From Oikopleura dioica (lineage: Eukaryota > Animalia > Chordata): a DNA stretch of 64,000 nt. Shown one piece after another: positions 14,043 through 25,399 of the stretch. The notes under the pieces were generated by a model that was given only the letters and a program-made list of their open reading frames with translations, was not told the origin of the DNA and ran no database searches. The position numbers and the translations under genes were made by a program. Position 1 is the first letter of the stretch, and every line of letters starts with the position of its first letter. The DNA lies in NCBI GenBank assembly GCA_907165135.1, contig OU015567.1, forward strand, positions 12,338,001 to 12,402,000, given 5' to 3'.

Positions 14043-14171
14043 AAAATCTTCCTCACTGACACTTATTTAAGCTAAATGAACTGCCTCATTTATCTTCACA
14101 CTGCAGTTTTCACTTCACCTGCCAAACACATATTAAAAAAAGCTCCGACTGGATTCTTTTTTATTCAGAAA

Positions 14172-15014
14172 ATGCCTGTAATCAAGGCTCCAACAAATCA
14201 AAAGCGTCACACTAATGTGGCGGTAGTCCGGCTCAAGACTCACGGAAAGCGATTCGAACTTGCGTGTTACAAAAATAAGGTGCAATCATGGAGGGATGGA
14301 ACGGAGAAAGATCTTGGTGAGGTGTTGCAATCGGATAGAATCTTTACAAATGTCGGCAAAGGAGAATTCGCTAATTCGAAAGACTTGGACAAGGTAAGAA
14401 ATATTTCCTTGTGAATTTCAATAAAAGTTGAAGGCATTTGGAACGAAAAATGAAAAAGACATCGCAATTAAAATCCTGGCAAAAGGCGACCTGCAGGTTT
14501 CTGATAAAGAACGAGAAGTAGCAAATGAATCGCTCTTCTCTGAAATCGCGGAGAAGGTTTCTGAAATGTCCATCAATCCTCAAACGGAACGAAAGTATCC
14601 ACCGACGATTATACAGAAGGCGATGAAGGAGACGATTCATTATTCCTTGCAGACGAAGAAGAACGCGAAAGTACAAGCAATCGATGTCATCAAGCAGCTG
14701 AAAGCCAAGGACTTTCCGATTGATCGTTGCAAAAGCCAAGTGAAAGCTACAATTCCAACTGAATTTTCTGACGTCGCCGATAAGATCCGAAAGCTTGCCA
14801 GGTAAGCTTCAAAAATTAATTCGCATCTGATCATCTTTCTAGCAAAATACTTGACGAAAAAGAAGCGGATGATCAGATCCTGCTCAACATTATGATCATG
14901 CCGCACCAACTGAAAGAGATTCAACAGATCTTCACGAAAGAAACATCGGGTAAAGCTTCCGTGGAATTGATATCGCTGAATAAACAAAAGTCCTCTGATG
15001 AACAGCTCATTTAA
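14172..15014 (+). CDS. SBDS: Ribosome maturation factor SBDS/Sdo1
   Basis: [62 protein letters not shown]; two introns. Confidence 0.97.
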
Positions 15015-16213
15015 TAAAAGTTCATTCAACTGGAAAATATAAAAAGGAACCATTGAACTCCATTTTCTGGTTGTTTTTACCTTGGTTTTTTGATTGTTTT
15101 GGAGTAAAATAGCATGGCAGGCAGCTAATAAATTCGTTTCTTATCGTCAACTCTTAGAAGGATAATAATCGGATAATAGCAAATTGAAGGATAGCTTGGA
15201 AGGTGGAGACAGAAGGTTTGCGCTAACAAAAATACAGAAAGTTACTTCCGCTTGCAATAATGTTGTTGGATAAAGTAAAACTGAGCTCAAAATCGTGACA
15301 AAATTATTTCGTAAAAGCAAATATAAGCGTTTGTTTGCCAATCAATGGGAAATTGTCAGAATTCAGAACTGAGAGAATCGATAGTCGAAGCGGACGGGGT
15401 GCAAGATATGGATCATCATAGCTAGGGATTAAACGCGTTTATAGGAAGACTCAGTGATTTGATTAAAGTGAAAATTCCACGCTAAGAATTATTATCATCG
15501 GTGGAGGAATAGCGGGAATCGGCTGCGCGAGTGTTTTATCCAAAAATGGTGTCAACAATTATCGAGTTCTCGAATACTCGAACAGAATTGGTGGGAGATT
15601 GCGGCCTTTTCAACTCACCCCCGAAATATCTGTCAATCTTGGAGCAAATTGGATCATGGGCGAGCGGAATCCACTGCTAAAGATTTTGAAAGACAGTGGA
15701 AATTCTGAGACTCTTCTGGACCCTGAATACTTCAGCGAAGAAAAGAAGGTTATTGTTTTGGACGAAAAATATGAAAATATTACGGAGAAGATGGAAGACT
15801 ACCATAAACAATTTTTAAACGACTGGCACGAAATGACGGAGTATTTTCAACAGACGGAGGAGTTAATTTCAATCGAGGAATTCATGAAACGAACGGACTC
15901 TTCGCCCGAGAAAATTCCACGAGATATCTACGAGGCGCTCCACTATATCCACGGGTACTCGCAAATCTGTGCCAGCGAGCCTGCGTCGTGTTCCATCGGA
16001 GATGCCGACGAGAAACAGATGGAAGACAGATTTGGAGAAACACCAATAGTTCTGGGTTCATCCACTTAGTGCATGAACTCTGATCGAATTAAAATTAACT
16101 CGCCTGAGTCTTCACTTCTGAGACAAAAGTTCTGTCAAGTGAAACCTCAAGTTGAAGTACTTATTCTCAGATTTATAACCCATAGAAAGCAACGTCCAAC
16201 ATAAGTGCGTGCG
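14833..16213 (+). repeat. Tandem segmental duplication, copy 1 (~1.38 kb)
   Basis: Matches 16639-18019 (offset 1806/1807). The only differences I noticed are 1-bp homopolymer indels (A5 vs A6 near 15041/16847; C5 vs C4 near 15618/17425). Confidence 0.95.
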
Positions 16214-16566
16214 AGAAGAAGCGACTAGAAAAGCATCCAAAGAATGTGCAAAAATGTGACTTTTACCTTGATTTCATCAAATTTATTATCCCTAAAGAGC
16301 ATTTGCACAAGGGGATCAATGAAGCCCTGGATAATCGCTTCGTTCTAAAAGAAAATATGATTCAACTGAATCTCCCTTCCCACTTTACCTTTATCCAACG
16401 ATACTCATCCATCGTCAATTTGCGAAGATTCTCTGGCGTAGCCGTCCAAAGCAGCATTTGGGAAACTTCGCAGTGCGAGAGTAGAAGCCGATTTCTCTTG
16501 ACAACTGAGCTCACAAGCTTCTTCCAGGTGACGGCTTTGACGATTCGGTCGAATATTTCTCGCTGA
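15482..16566 (+). pseudogene. Truncated/chimeric copy of the flavin amine oxidase 5' half
   Basis: Intact GxGxxG exon (LRIIIIGGGIAGIG...RIGGRL...LGANWIMG), broken at 16213 where the frame runs into ROD-antisense sequence and stops at 16566. Confidence 0.7.
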
Positions 16567-16640
16567 TCAAACGTAGCCGCGCGTGGAATGATCTGGAGAG
16601 CTTCAACTTCGTTGTCCTTGCTGATGAGCTTGAAGGCGAT
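16213..16640. repeat. 428-bp templated copy of 20712-21139 (3' part of the ROD gene)
   Basis: GAGAAGAAGCGACTAG...TTGAAGGCGAT is identical in both places and in the same orientation. Confidence 0.95.
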
Positions 16641-18019
16641 CTTTCTAGCAAAATACTTGACGAAAAAGAAGCGGATGATCAGATCCTGCTCAACATTATG
16701 ATCATGCCGCACCAACTGAAAGAGATTCAACAGATCTTCACGAAAGAAACATCGGGTAAAGCTTCCGTGGAATTGATATCGCTGAATAAACAAAAGTCCT
16801 CTGATGAACAGCTCATTTAATAAAAGTTCATTCAACTGGAAAATATAAAAAAGGAACCATTGAACTCCATTTTCTGGTTGTTTTTACCTTGGTTTTTTGA
16901 TTGTTTTGGAGTAAAATAGCATGGCAGGCAGCTAATAAATTCGTTTCTTATCGTCAACTCTTAGAAGGATAATAATCGGATAATAGCAAATTGAAGGATA
17001 GCTTGGAAGGTGGAGACAGAAGGTTTGCGCTAACAAAAATACAGAAAGTTACTTCCGCTTGCAATAATGTTGTTGGATAAAGTAAAACTGAGCTCAAAAT
17101 CGTGACAAAATTATTTCGTAAAAGCAAATATAAGCGTTTGTTTGCCAATCAATGGGAAATTGTCAGAATTCAGAACTGAGAGAATCGATAGTCGAAGCGG
17201 ACGGGGTGCAAGATATGGATCATCATAGCTAGGGATTAAACGCGTTTATAGGAAGACTCAGTGATTTGATTAAAGTGAAAATTCCACGCTAAGAATTATT
17301 ATCATCGGTGGAGGAATAGCGGGAATCGGCTGCGCGAGTGTTTTATCCAAAAATGGTGTCAACAATTATCGAGTTCTCGAATACTCGAACAGAATTGGTG
17401 GGAGATTGCGGCCTTTTCAACTCACCCCGAAATATCTGTCAATCTTGGAGCAAATTGGATCATGGGCGAGCGGAATCCACTGCTAAAGATTTTGAAAGAC
17501 AGTGGAAATTCTGAGACTCTTCTGGACCCTGAATACTTCAGCGAAGAAAAGAAGGTTATTGTTTTGGACGAAAAATATGAAAATATTACGGAGAAGATGG
17601 AAGACTACCATAAACAATTTTTAAACGACTGGCACGAAATGACGGAGTATTTTCAACAGACGGAGGAGTTAATTTCAATCGAGGAATTCATGAAACGAAC
17701 GGACTCTTCGCCCGAGAAAATTCCACGAGATATCTACGAGGCGCTCCACTATATCCACGGGTACTCGCAAATCTGTGCCAGCGAGCCTGCGTCGTGTTCC
17801 ATCGGAGATGCCGACGAGAAACAGATGGAAGACAGATTTGGAGAAACACCAATAGTTCTGGGTTCATCCACTTAGTGCATGAACTCTGATCGAATTAAAA
17901 TTAACTCGCCTGAGTCTTCACTTCTGAGACAAAAGTTCTGTCAAGTGAAACCTCAAGTTGAAGTACTTATTCTCAGATTTATAACCCATAGAAAGCAACG
18001 TCCAACATAAGTGCGTGCG
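16639..18019 (+). repeat. Tandem segmental duplication, copy 2 (includes a duplicated SBDS last exon 16641-16820)
   Basis: See copy 1; begins in the polypyrimidine tract of the last SBDS intron. Confidence 0.95.
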
Positions 18020-19092
18020 TAGCCGAAATCGCAAAGGATGTACCGAATGAGAACATTATCTTCAATTCAGATGTTTTCCTTGTCAAAAATGACAACAACA
18101 AGGAAGGATTTGAAAATTTCAATGGGCCCCGATAAATCAGAACTTTAATCTTTTAATTATTTATTTGCGCCTGGAGCAGACATTTTTTAAATGCCAATAA
18201 CTTGTCAGTACGACAACAGTGTTGTCTATCTTAAGAGCTCTGTAGATGTATTCAAATCCTGATAAAGTTTCATTTATCCTTGAGAAACTCAAAAGGATCA
18301 GTGGAACAGATGAGCTGCGACTTTCTCGTCTCGGCAGTCCCGATCAGTCAGTATCATTCAAAAGGCTAAGGCTTGAGTTTATGACCCCGGAGAAAGATGA
18401 GCTCATATCAGCACTTTCACTTGTGCACTTTGCGAATTGTTTTGTCTTACTGGAAAAAGATCAGGAGCATCTACTCCCAGGTAAATTCTGATTATATTCA
18501 CCTATGCCAACTTCTCTAAGACAAGAATGACTTCATCTACCTTCCAAACAACGAAGAGAACATCTTCCGGTCTATCGAATTCGACCCAATGATACTCCGG
18601 TTTCACGGGCGAAAGGCGATCGCATTCAGAACCACGTCAGAAAAGGCGAAAAAGTTCAACTCGCTTTCAAGAGAAGAGATCAAGAAAAACATTCAGACAA
18701 CCATCAAGAGAGTATTTGGATTTGATGCGAATATTGAAAACTTTTCGAACCCAACTTGGGCTGCACAAGGTTTTTTGCTTATTTGCAGAATTCAAATTGA
18801 CTCCTGAATTATTAAGAAAACTTCCAGGGCTGCTATACGAATGTGGCTCTGTGTCCGGGAAAGACATTTGACGAGTTTTACTCGCGTCTGAACGTTCCAT
18901 TAGGTAAATGAAGCAATTACGATTCAAACTGAATAACTTGCTAATTTCATTTCAGTTGATAATTTTTACATGATTGGAGAGGCTTTCGATGGATCGAATG
19001 CTGGTTATGCGCATGGAGCGTACCTAACTGGAGTCAACTCAGCAGAACAAATTCTTAGATTACTGAATACTGAGGATAATAAAGAAAGATAA
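17289..19092 (+). CDS. Flavin-containing amine oxidase (polyamine/spermine oxidase-like)
   Basis: GGGIAG FAD motif, CDFLVSAVPI, FQGCYTNV, C-terminal MIGEAFDGSNAGYAHGAYLTGVNSAEQI. Start not resolved; two apparent 1-bp homopolymer frameshifts (~17425, ~18360). Confidence 0.85.
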
Positions 19093-19313
19093 TACTGATC
19101 TTTCAAAAAAAAAACAGATTTGTTCACTGTTATTCTTGGAGTTGACGCCTTGCATGAATTGCAAAAAGAAATCAATCTTAATTCATTATGAGTAGGAAGG
19201 AGGTCCATTCACTCTTAATTATACCGCTCAATAAATGTGCTTATTTATAATTTAGCTCTTCAATATTGAGGGAAAAATTCATGCTTGAACTTGAATCATA
19301 GTTTCTTTATTCG

Positions 19314-19640
19314 CTAATAATTCCAGTTAGCTCCAGCATTTAGTGGGTGATTACGGCCATCGTTGTTCGTTGTGTAGACAACTCTTCCATCAGGTTCTTG
19401 CCACCAGAAAACTTGCTGATCGAATTGATCAAAAAACCATCCGTCTGGCTGCCTATCTTGGTAGAAAACCCCGTTTCTTCTGTTGACGGTTGCATAATAT
19501 TTAAAAAAGATAAACAAAATCCTTGACTTTTTGTATGAACCTTGCCCGATATCCACCCCCAAAAAGCCTCCACTCCTTACTATCGGTTTTGGGTCAAGCT
19601 CTTCAATCTTCGCCTTTTGGAAGGCACTGGAGTAGAAGGC
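19314..19640 (-). CDS. Unidentified small protein, aromatic-rich C-terminus
   Basis: Exon-like frames AFYSSAFQKAKIEELDPKPIVRSGGFLGVDIGQ and NGVFYQDRQPDGWFFDQFDQQVFWWQEPDGRVVY...WNY*. Start and splicing uncertain. Confidence 0.4.
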   Translation of the reverse strand, partial: AFYSSAFQKAKIEELDPKPIVRSGGFLGVDIGQGSYKKSRILFIFFKYYATVNRRNGVFYQDRQPDGWFFDQFDQQVFWWQEPDGRVVYTTNNDGRNHPLNAGANWNY

Positions 19641-20152
19641 TCTAATTTTTGATGCAAAAAGTTGCTTATAGTTTTAATGATGAGTTGAACTTATTCAATG
19701 CCGCAAAAAGCAGTGCACACGTCAATTAATTAATATTGCTTATTTGCAGCTTTAATCCTGAAACGTCGCTCATCTCTTTTGTAAAAAATAAATGTGTTCG
19801 AAAGGGGATATATCAAAAATTAGACCGGATACAATCCAAAAATCTCATAGCGGCTTAATTATGTCCCACGAAAAAGCATGATTAATTATCTGCTTCCCCG
19901 AAAATAGCTATTCTTCGTCGTTTTTCATTGAAGCCGACTATTATTTAAACGTTGACTTATTTGCACTCCGTTAGGCTAAGTCATAAATAATCATAAATAA
20001 TTTAACCAGAAAAACTATCAGATATAATCACTAAAGACTCTTCGGCGTTCTTCCATATTCTGCATGAGGGCGCTATTATTCACGGCATATAAACTCATCC
20101 ATGCTGAATGTTTCAAAAAAAGACGATTATCCAAAAAGTTAAACTTGACTAA

Positions 20153-20371
20153 ATGAAACTCTCAATCCTCCTTGCTTCCTGCGCCGCTGCGTTTAATTTT
20201 GAAGATAATTCAAGAATGAAGAGAAATTTTTTCAAGGTACCAAAACGTTAAAACAAGCAACTCAAAATATTCAAGTTGAACACCCGTGATTCCGGAGTCC
20301 AGACTGGACTTCAAGAGAAACTTTTGGGTCTCCAAAATATGCTCGGCAATGATGAAGGCTTTGGGTGGTAA
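20153..20371 (+). CDS. Small secreted peptide precursor (59 aa)
   Basis: Exons 20153-20236 and 20276-20371 (39-nt GT-AG intron): MKLSILLASCAAAFNFEDNSRMKRNFFKLNTRDSGVQTGLQEKLLGLQNMLGNDEGFGW*; AATAAA near 20400. Confidence 0.7.
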
Positions 20372-20543
20372 TTTTTAAGCTTCCTGCTGTTCTTCAACGA
20401 AATAAAGAGATAATAACAAAATATCTTTCTATAAATTTAATTTTATTAAGAGGGCAGTGTTTACTGGGGAATGGCATAAGTGAAGGGACATTAAGTGAGA
20501 GTAAGACACTGACGTTTTGAAAAAATAATAAAACAGTGATCTT

Positions 20544-23500
20544 CTATGAGCTTCCAGGGAAGATTTCAGCGGCAGAGGGGATCGGGCGGAAGAATTGAGG
20601 AATCCCATTAGAGTCGAACATTGCTTGAAGCTTTTGATCTCGCTCGGTTCGCTGCAGACGTGAGATTTGTTCGAATTCAGACATTATCGCGGGGTTCTTC
20701 TTTCCATAAAGGAGAAGAAGCGACTAGAAAAGCATCCAAAGAATGTGCAAAAATGTGACTTTTACCTTGATTTCATCAAATTTATTATCCCTAAAGAGCA
20801 TTTGCACAAGGGGATCAATGAAGCCCTGGATAATCGCTTCGTTCTAAAAGAAAATATGATTCAACTGAATCTCCCTTCCCACTTTACCTTTATCCAACGA
20901 TACTCATCCATCGTCAATTTGCGAAGATTCTCTGGCGTAGCCGTCCAAAGCAGCATTTGGGAAACTTCGCAGTGCGAGAGTAGAAGCCGATTTCTCTTGA
21001 CAACTGAGCTCACAAGCTTCTTCCAGGTGACGGCTTTGACGATTCGGTCGAATATTTCTCGCTGATCAAACGTAGCCGCGCGTGGAATGATCTGGAGAGC
21101 TTCAACTTCGTTGTCCTTGCTGATGAGCTTGAAGGCGATTTTCTCGATGTCGATAAGGAAGGCTTTCGGGTACTCGTAAAGCGCTTGGACCACCAGATCT
21201 GGCCGGGTATCAACATTAAGCTCGATGCACGCTGTCCAGATTTTTCGGAAAGTCCGGTCGAACATGACGCTTTCTTCAAGCATCGTGTTGAACCATTTTT
21301 GTCGATTCAGACGGCGTATAAACGCGAAGAGCTCCTCTCCGACAACGAAGTTGGCAAAGATACGAGTCCACAAATCGTCGTCGACGAGTTTATTATTGAA
21401 GGCCAACTCGCCCAGCGCCTTTGAGGCTTCGTGCGAGCCTTCCAACGCGTCCAACATTTGATTGAGCCCGGCTACTTTATCGTCAGTTTTATAAAAGCCA
21501 CCAAGTTCTTCGAGCTCATGCCAAGTACCTTGAGACGGCATTGATCTTTCCAGGATTGAGTTTGCTTGATGAGCGCTTTTTGGAGCCAAAGCCGGCCGAA
21601 TCCATCCCGAGTGTATTCGCGATCTCGGCCATTTCCTCTTCGTCGAAAGATTTGAGAAGATGATCCATGATTTCGCAGCGCTGCTCCAGCGACCCAGAGT
21701 ACGCTTGGTTGAAGAGTGCCTTGGCTACTTTTGTCTTGTCCCAGATTGAGGATATGCCGACGATATTTCGGACTGGGATCGGGGTCATATTCAGCCACGT
21801 TTCGACGAGATTTTGATAAACAACGGCGACGGGGATGTCCGCATTTTTGCAAACCTCTGTGAGCACTAATCCGAGGTCGTTTTTGTTGTTGCTTGTATCC
21901 TCGAATAGCTTAACAATCAATTAATAAAGATCATTTTCGAACTTCCGTACCTGTAAAAATAAAGATAGAATTGTGCTCGAAGATAGGGCTTGTCTGCCCT
22001 CATTGAAGAACGACCGCGTCTTCTCATCGTAAAAATGATTTCGTGACAAGACCTGCTTGGTTTCAATCAGATTCGAGTAGTCGCGCAAGCTCTGGTATTT
22101 CTGGCTTATGTCGGCAATTTCAGCAATTATCCCACGGTATTGCTCCAGGTCTTTGAGTGCTTCCTTGAGAAACTTTGACGCTTGAGCTGGTTTATCGATG
22201 CAACGAGCCGTGTGCATGTACATATGGCAATTGAGTGATAGCTCTCCAATTATTTGCTCTCTTGCGGTCGACCCAATCTTAGAGCAAAGTTAATAAAGGT
22301 AGCGGTACTTTTTTATGTCTTCATGGCTATTTCTTACCTTTAGAACCGCTAAAAGAGAATTCAGCTCTGTTCCTTCATCAGATCTTACGCCCCGCATCTT
22401 CGTGACAAGATTTTTGACGCAATTCATCTTGACATCTGCTTCGCTCAGCCCAACAATGCTTGTCTTTGCGACCCAAATGATCTTCTCGTAGTTGGTTGGG
22501 AGACACTCCTTCCGGATTGCTTCAAGCATTTTCGGCTTCTCGCTAGCTATCCAGTGGAATGGAAGACGGTCGCATTCATCGGTCGATTTTAGAAGCCGGT
22601 ACTTTTCGAACTCTTCCAAGTCGTTTAAATATTGCTAGAAAAGAAATTACAGATATCTGCTATTGAAGGAAAATCGAACCTCCGCGCGCGAATCGCTCTC
22701 TAATTCTGGATTGCCTTTCTTCATGAAAATAATTTCCTCGAGAAGAAATCGAATTCGCTGGTAGCTTGTGCGTACGGTCAGACCAAGCCACTCCAGAAGC
22801 TCTTTGATAGGCGATTTTATGTTAAAGTTGCGCAGCGCCCATCTCAATCGCGGCTCGATGCTTTTCCAGCTTGAGTTGATGCTCTGAATTTTTTCTGAGA
22901 GGTTTCTTTGAAGGGCAAAATGTACCTTGGTGTAGCTTAAAAGTTCAATTTTCGGCTTATGCGAGACAACAAGCGCACTCGATTCAATGCCAGAATCTTC
23001 ACCGACGAATTGCCATTGCAGGAATCTGTATAAAATGTTGTTCCTTGAAATCTGGAAAGCGTCGATGTATTCGTTGACTGTTTCGAAGGGTATTTGCGGC
23101 TTGGCGAGAAGCTTGAGGCAGTATTCGTCGCGGTAGTCTCTCAGGTTTACTTCATTTTTGGAATGGAAAGAAGTTCGGATATTTTACGCGACCAAGAGCC
23201 CATCATAAGAGTTTGTTTGAAAGCAGCGGCATATCCTAAATTTTCAAATGAAGTTGTTAAATGTCTTTATCATGGAGTTACCTTGATTGTTTTTGAAATA
23301 TTTGATTCCCAGTTTGCATATCCGCTCTTGTGTTTCAAAATTGCTCGTCCTTGACAATTTCTCAAGCGTATGAAAACCTCTTCCTTGGGTTTTGTATGAA
23401 AACAGCCGAACATTACGTCCTCGTTGATTTTCCTCCTGACAGAGTCCTCAATAACGTTATTGATGAGTTCATCCATTCTTTGCTGATCGGTGCCTAGTAG

Positions 23501-24408
23501 CTCGGCTCTCAGGCATTCGAAGTTGAGTTTGAGAAGATCTGTCGAAAAGTCTTCGTCTGTTACTTTTTGAAAAGGCGTTTCGAAGCAAGAACGGTCGTAT
23601 GACTTCAAATATTCGTGGACGGCCAGCTCAAGACGCCGACAGAAGCGCTGGACTTTCGCTTTCGAAGATGAGGTCTTTGGCCCGGCGCAAGTGATGTTCA
23701 AATTGGCTACTGTTAGATTTCCCCTCGCAGGAGCGGCACCATCGTTGACATCGGCCTCGTGCTCGCCAATCATTTTCTTGAGCGTCAAAGCATGGATCAA
23801 CGCGCCATCGAGAGAATCGGTGAAGGATCGATCCCAGAGAAAATCTTCCAAAAGAGGTCGTTCAGGTTCTTCCTCCTTTACTTCAGGCACGAGCAAGGGG
23901 AAACGCATTTCTTGAGTCTCGTTGAACAAGGACTTGTTGCATTTTAAAAAAGTGATGAACGAATTTCTTTCAAAGGTTCAAATAATTGATTTTCTCTAGT
24001 TGACGTAATAAGAATTATTAGAAATAATAAATGAGATAAGATTGAAGATAGAGAATCAATACGAAAACCTTTCCTAATCGGTTCATTACTTGGCATAACC
24101 GCAGCTAGAGAGAGAACCTCCTCAAGAATGGTTCCTTTAAAATCATCCGGCGCCTGCTGAAACGTTTCCATCGCCTCTGTACACTTCTTTTCGGCCAGTT
24201 TAGCGACGACATCTCTTCTCAGAGCGTCGTGTTTGGAAACGCTAAGGAGGGTGAAGAGCGATTCCGACTTTTTGCCCAAAGCGAGGAACTTTCGAACGGA
24301 CTCTTCTCGCTCATTTGGAGTGTTTAGTCGTATGTTCTCGACTCCCCCTTCGTTTAGAATGCCCCATGCAGTGTTTCGGTCCAAATGGTGCTTGATTCGG
24401 TCGTCCAT
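20544..24408 (-). CDS. KNTC1: Kinetochore protein ROD (RZZ complex), shortened
   Basis: C-terminal segment KVAGLNQMLDALEGSHEASKALGELAFNNKLVDDDLWTRIF...FRKIWTACI...ALYEYPKAFLIDIEKIA aligns with the recalled Rod_C region (KEGMIKGLW...AVRLVTELCLEYKIYDLQLWNGLL...FSKAW...VLECPV..LDL). Last exons reconstructed to TAG at 20544. Confidence 0.7.
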
Positions 24409-24533
24409 TTTTTTCTCGATTTCTCTGAAAATTTGAAAAAAGTGGCGTTTTGATGTGGCAAAAAGTGAAAGCAGCAAAAGTCTGCAGCCTCGAAATCTGA
24501 TAAAATCTAGAGAAAACGTGGAAAACAGAAACG

Positions 24534-24567
24534 TTTAAATTTGCGCGCCATTCTGCCCTCTGCCAAT
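24534..24567 (-). promoter_or_regulatory. CDE/CHR element plus CCAAT box upstream of ROD
   Basis: Minus strand GGCGCG-caaa-TTTAAA (CDE, 4-nt spacer, CHR) at 24549-24534 and CCAAT at 24563-24567, the classical DREAM/NF-Y G2/M promoter layout. Confidence 0.55.
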
Positions 24568-24773
24568 CAGAATGCGTTCTGATGCTCAGAAGAGGGAGAC
24601 AAGAAAATCAGAATTTTATCCTGGATAGTGAGCTCTGAGCAAAGTTTGTCATATGATCTGATATTTTTTATTCATTTTGAAAAAACAATTTTTATCAAGC
24701 AAATTACACACGTGTTGTTTTATTTTAGAAATCATGGAAGAGATTTTCATTTTAGAATTTATCAATGATTTTT

Positions 24774-24992
24774 TCATCTCAGTGGGAGAGTCTTGAAATA
24801 TCTTCTGAGTCCATTTGATCTTCGGGAGTGCGCGTTGAACTTGTATCTCGGCTGCATGTTGGCAATTGATCCGTAAAGGGCGTTTGGTCCCGCTTTGTTG
24901 AATGAGTAGACGTTGTTGCCAAGCCTGTTGAACCCGATAAGATCAGCGGCTGACAGTGAAAGGAGTGCGGAAAGAATGGCGAGGAAATTCAT
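24774..24992 (-). CDS. Small secreted peptide precursor (72 aa)
   Basis: Single ORF with signal peptide MNFLAILSALLSLSAA and two RR dibasic sites. Confidence 0.7.
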   Translation of the reverse strand: MNFLAILSALLSLSAADLIGFNRLGNNVYSFNKAGPNALYGSIANMQPRYKFNAHSRRSNGLRRYFKTLPLR

Positions 24993-25399
24993 TTTGGAAA
25001 AATTTTCCTTTTGATTGTCTTTGTAAGATTATACCAAACAAAACGCAACTGATGCTAGAAGAGTAAAGTTTTTGTATTTTATATGAGCTGAAAGTAGCGA
25101 GCGAGAGCTTTTTTGGCGCTGTTTAAAATTTAGAATTTAGATAAAAATAGAACGATCAGAAGATAATAATCAGAAATGAGTTAAAGTTAGGGACATTAAA
25201 TATATTCTAATCTGATCGGTTATGCAAATTTATGTAACTGATAATTAAGGTTTATTAGTTCTCAATATATCCACATCTCTGAAAGATTTCCTAAAATAAA
25301 GTTAACTTTTTTTGTTATATAAAATATCATTATGTTACATATTATAATGATACAAATTAGCATAATGATATTTTACGTAACTAAATTATTTTTAATGAT

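Noticed and set aside
16362-16835. Minus-strand chimeric ORF (SBDS antisense fused to ROD C-terminal fragment)
   Set aside because: Starts at TTG, has no ATG in the added segment and no promoter evidence; a by-product of the duplication junction.
17420-18365. Frameshifts in the amine oxidase (C4 at ~17425, A4 at ~18360) as programmed frameshifting or pseudogenisation
   Set aside because: Both are 1-nt losses in homopolymers, the duplicate copy shows the in-frame C5, and no canonical slippery heptamer is present. Sequencing under-calls are more likely.
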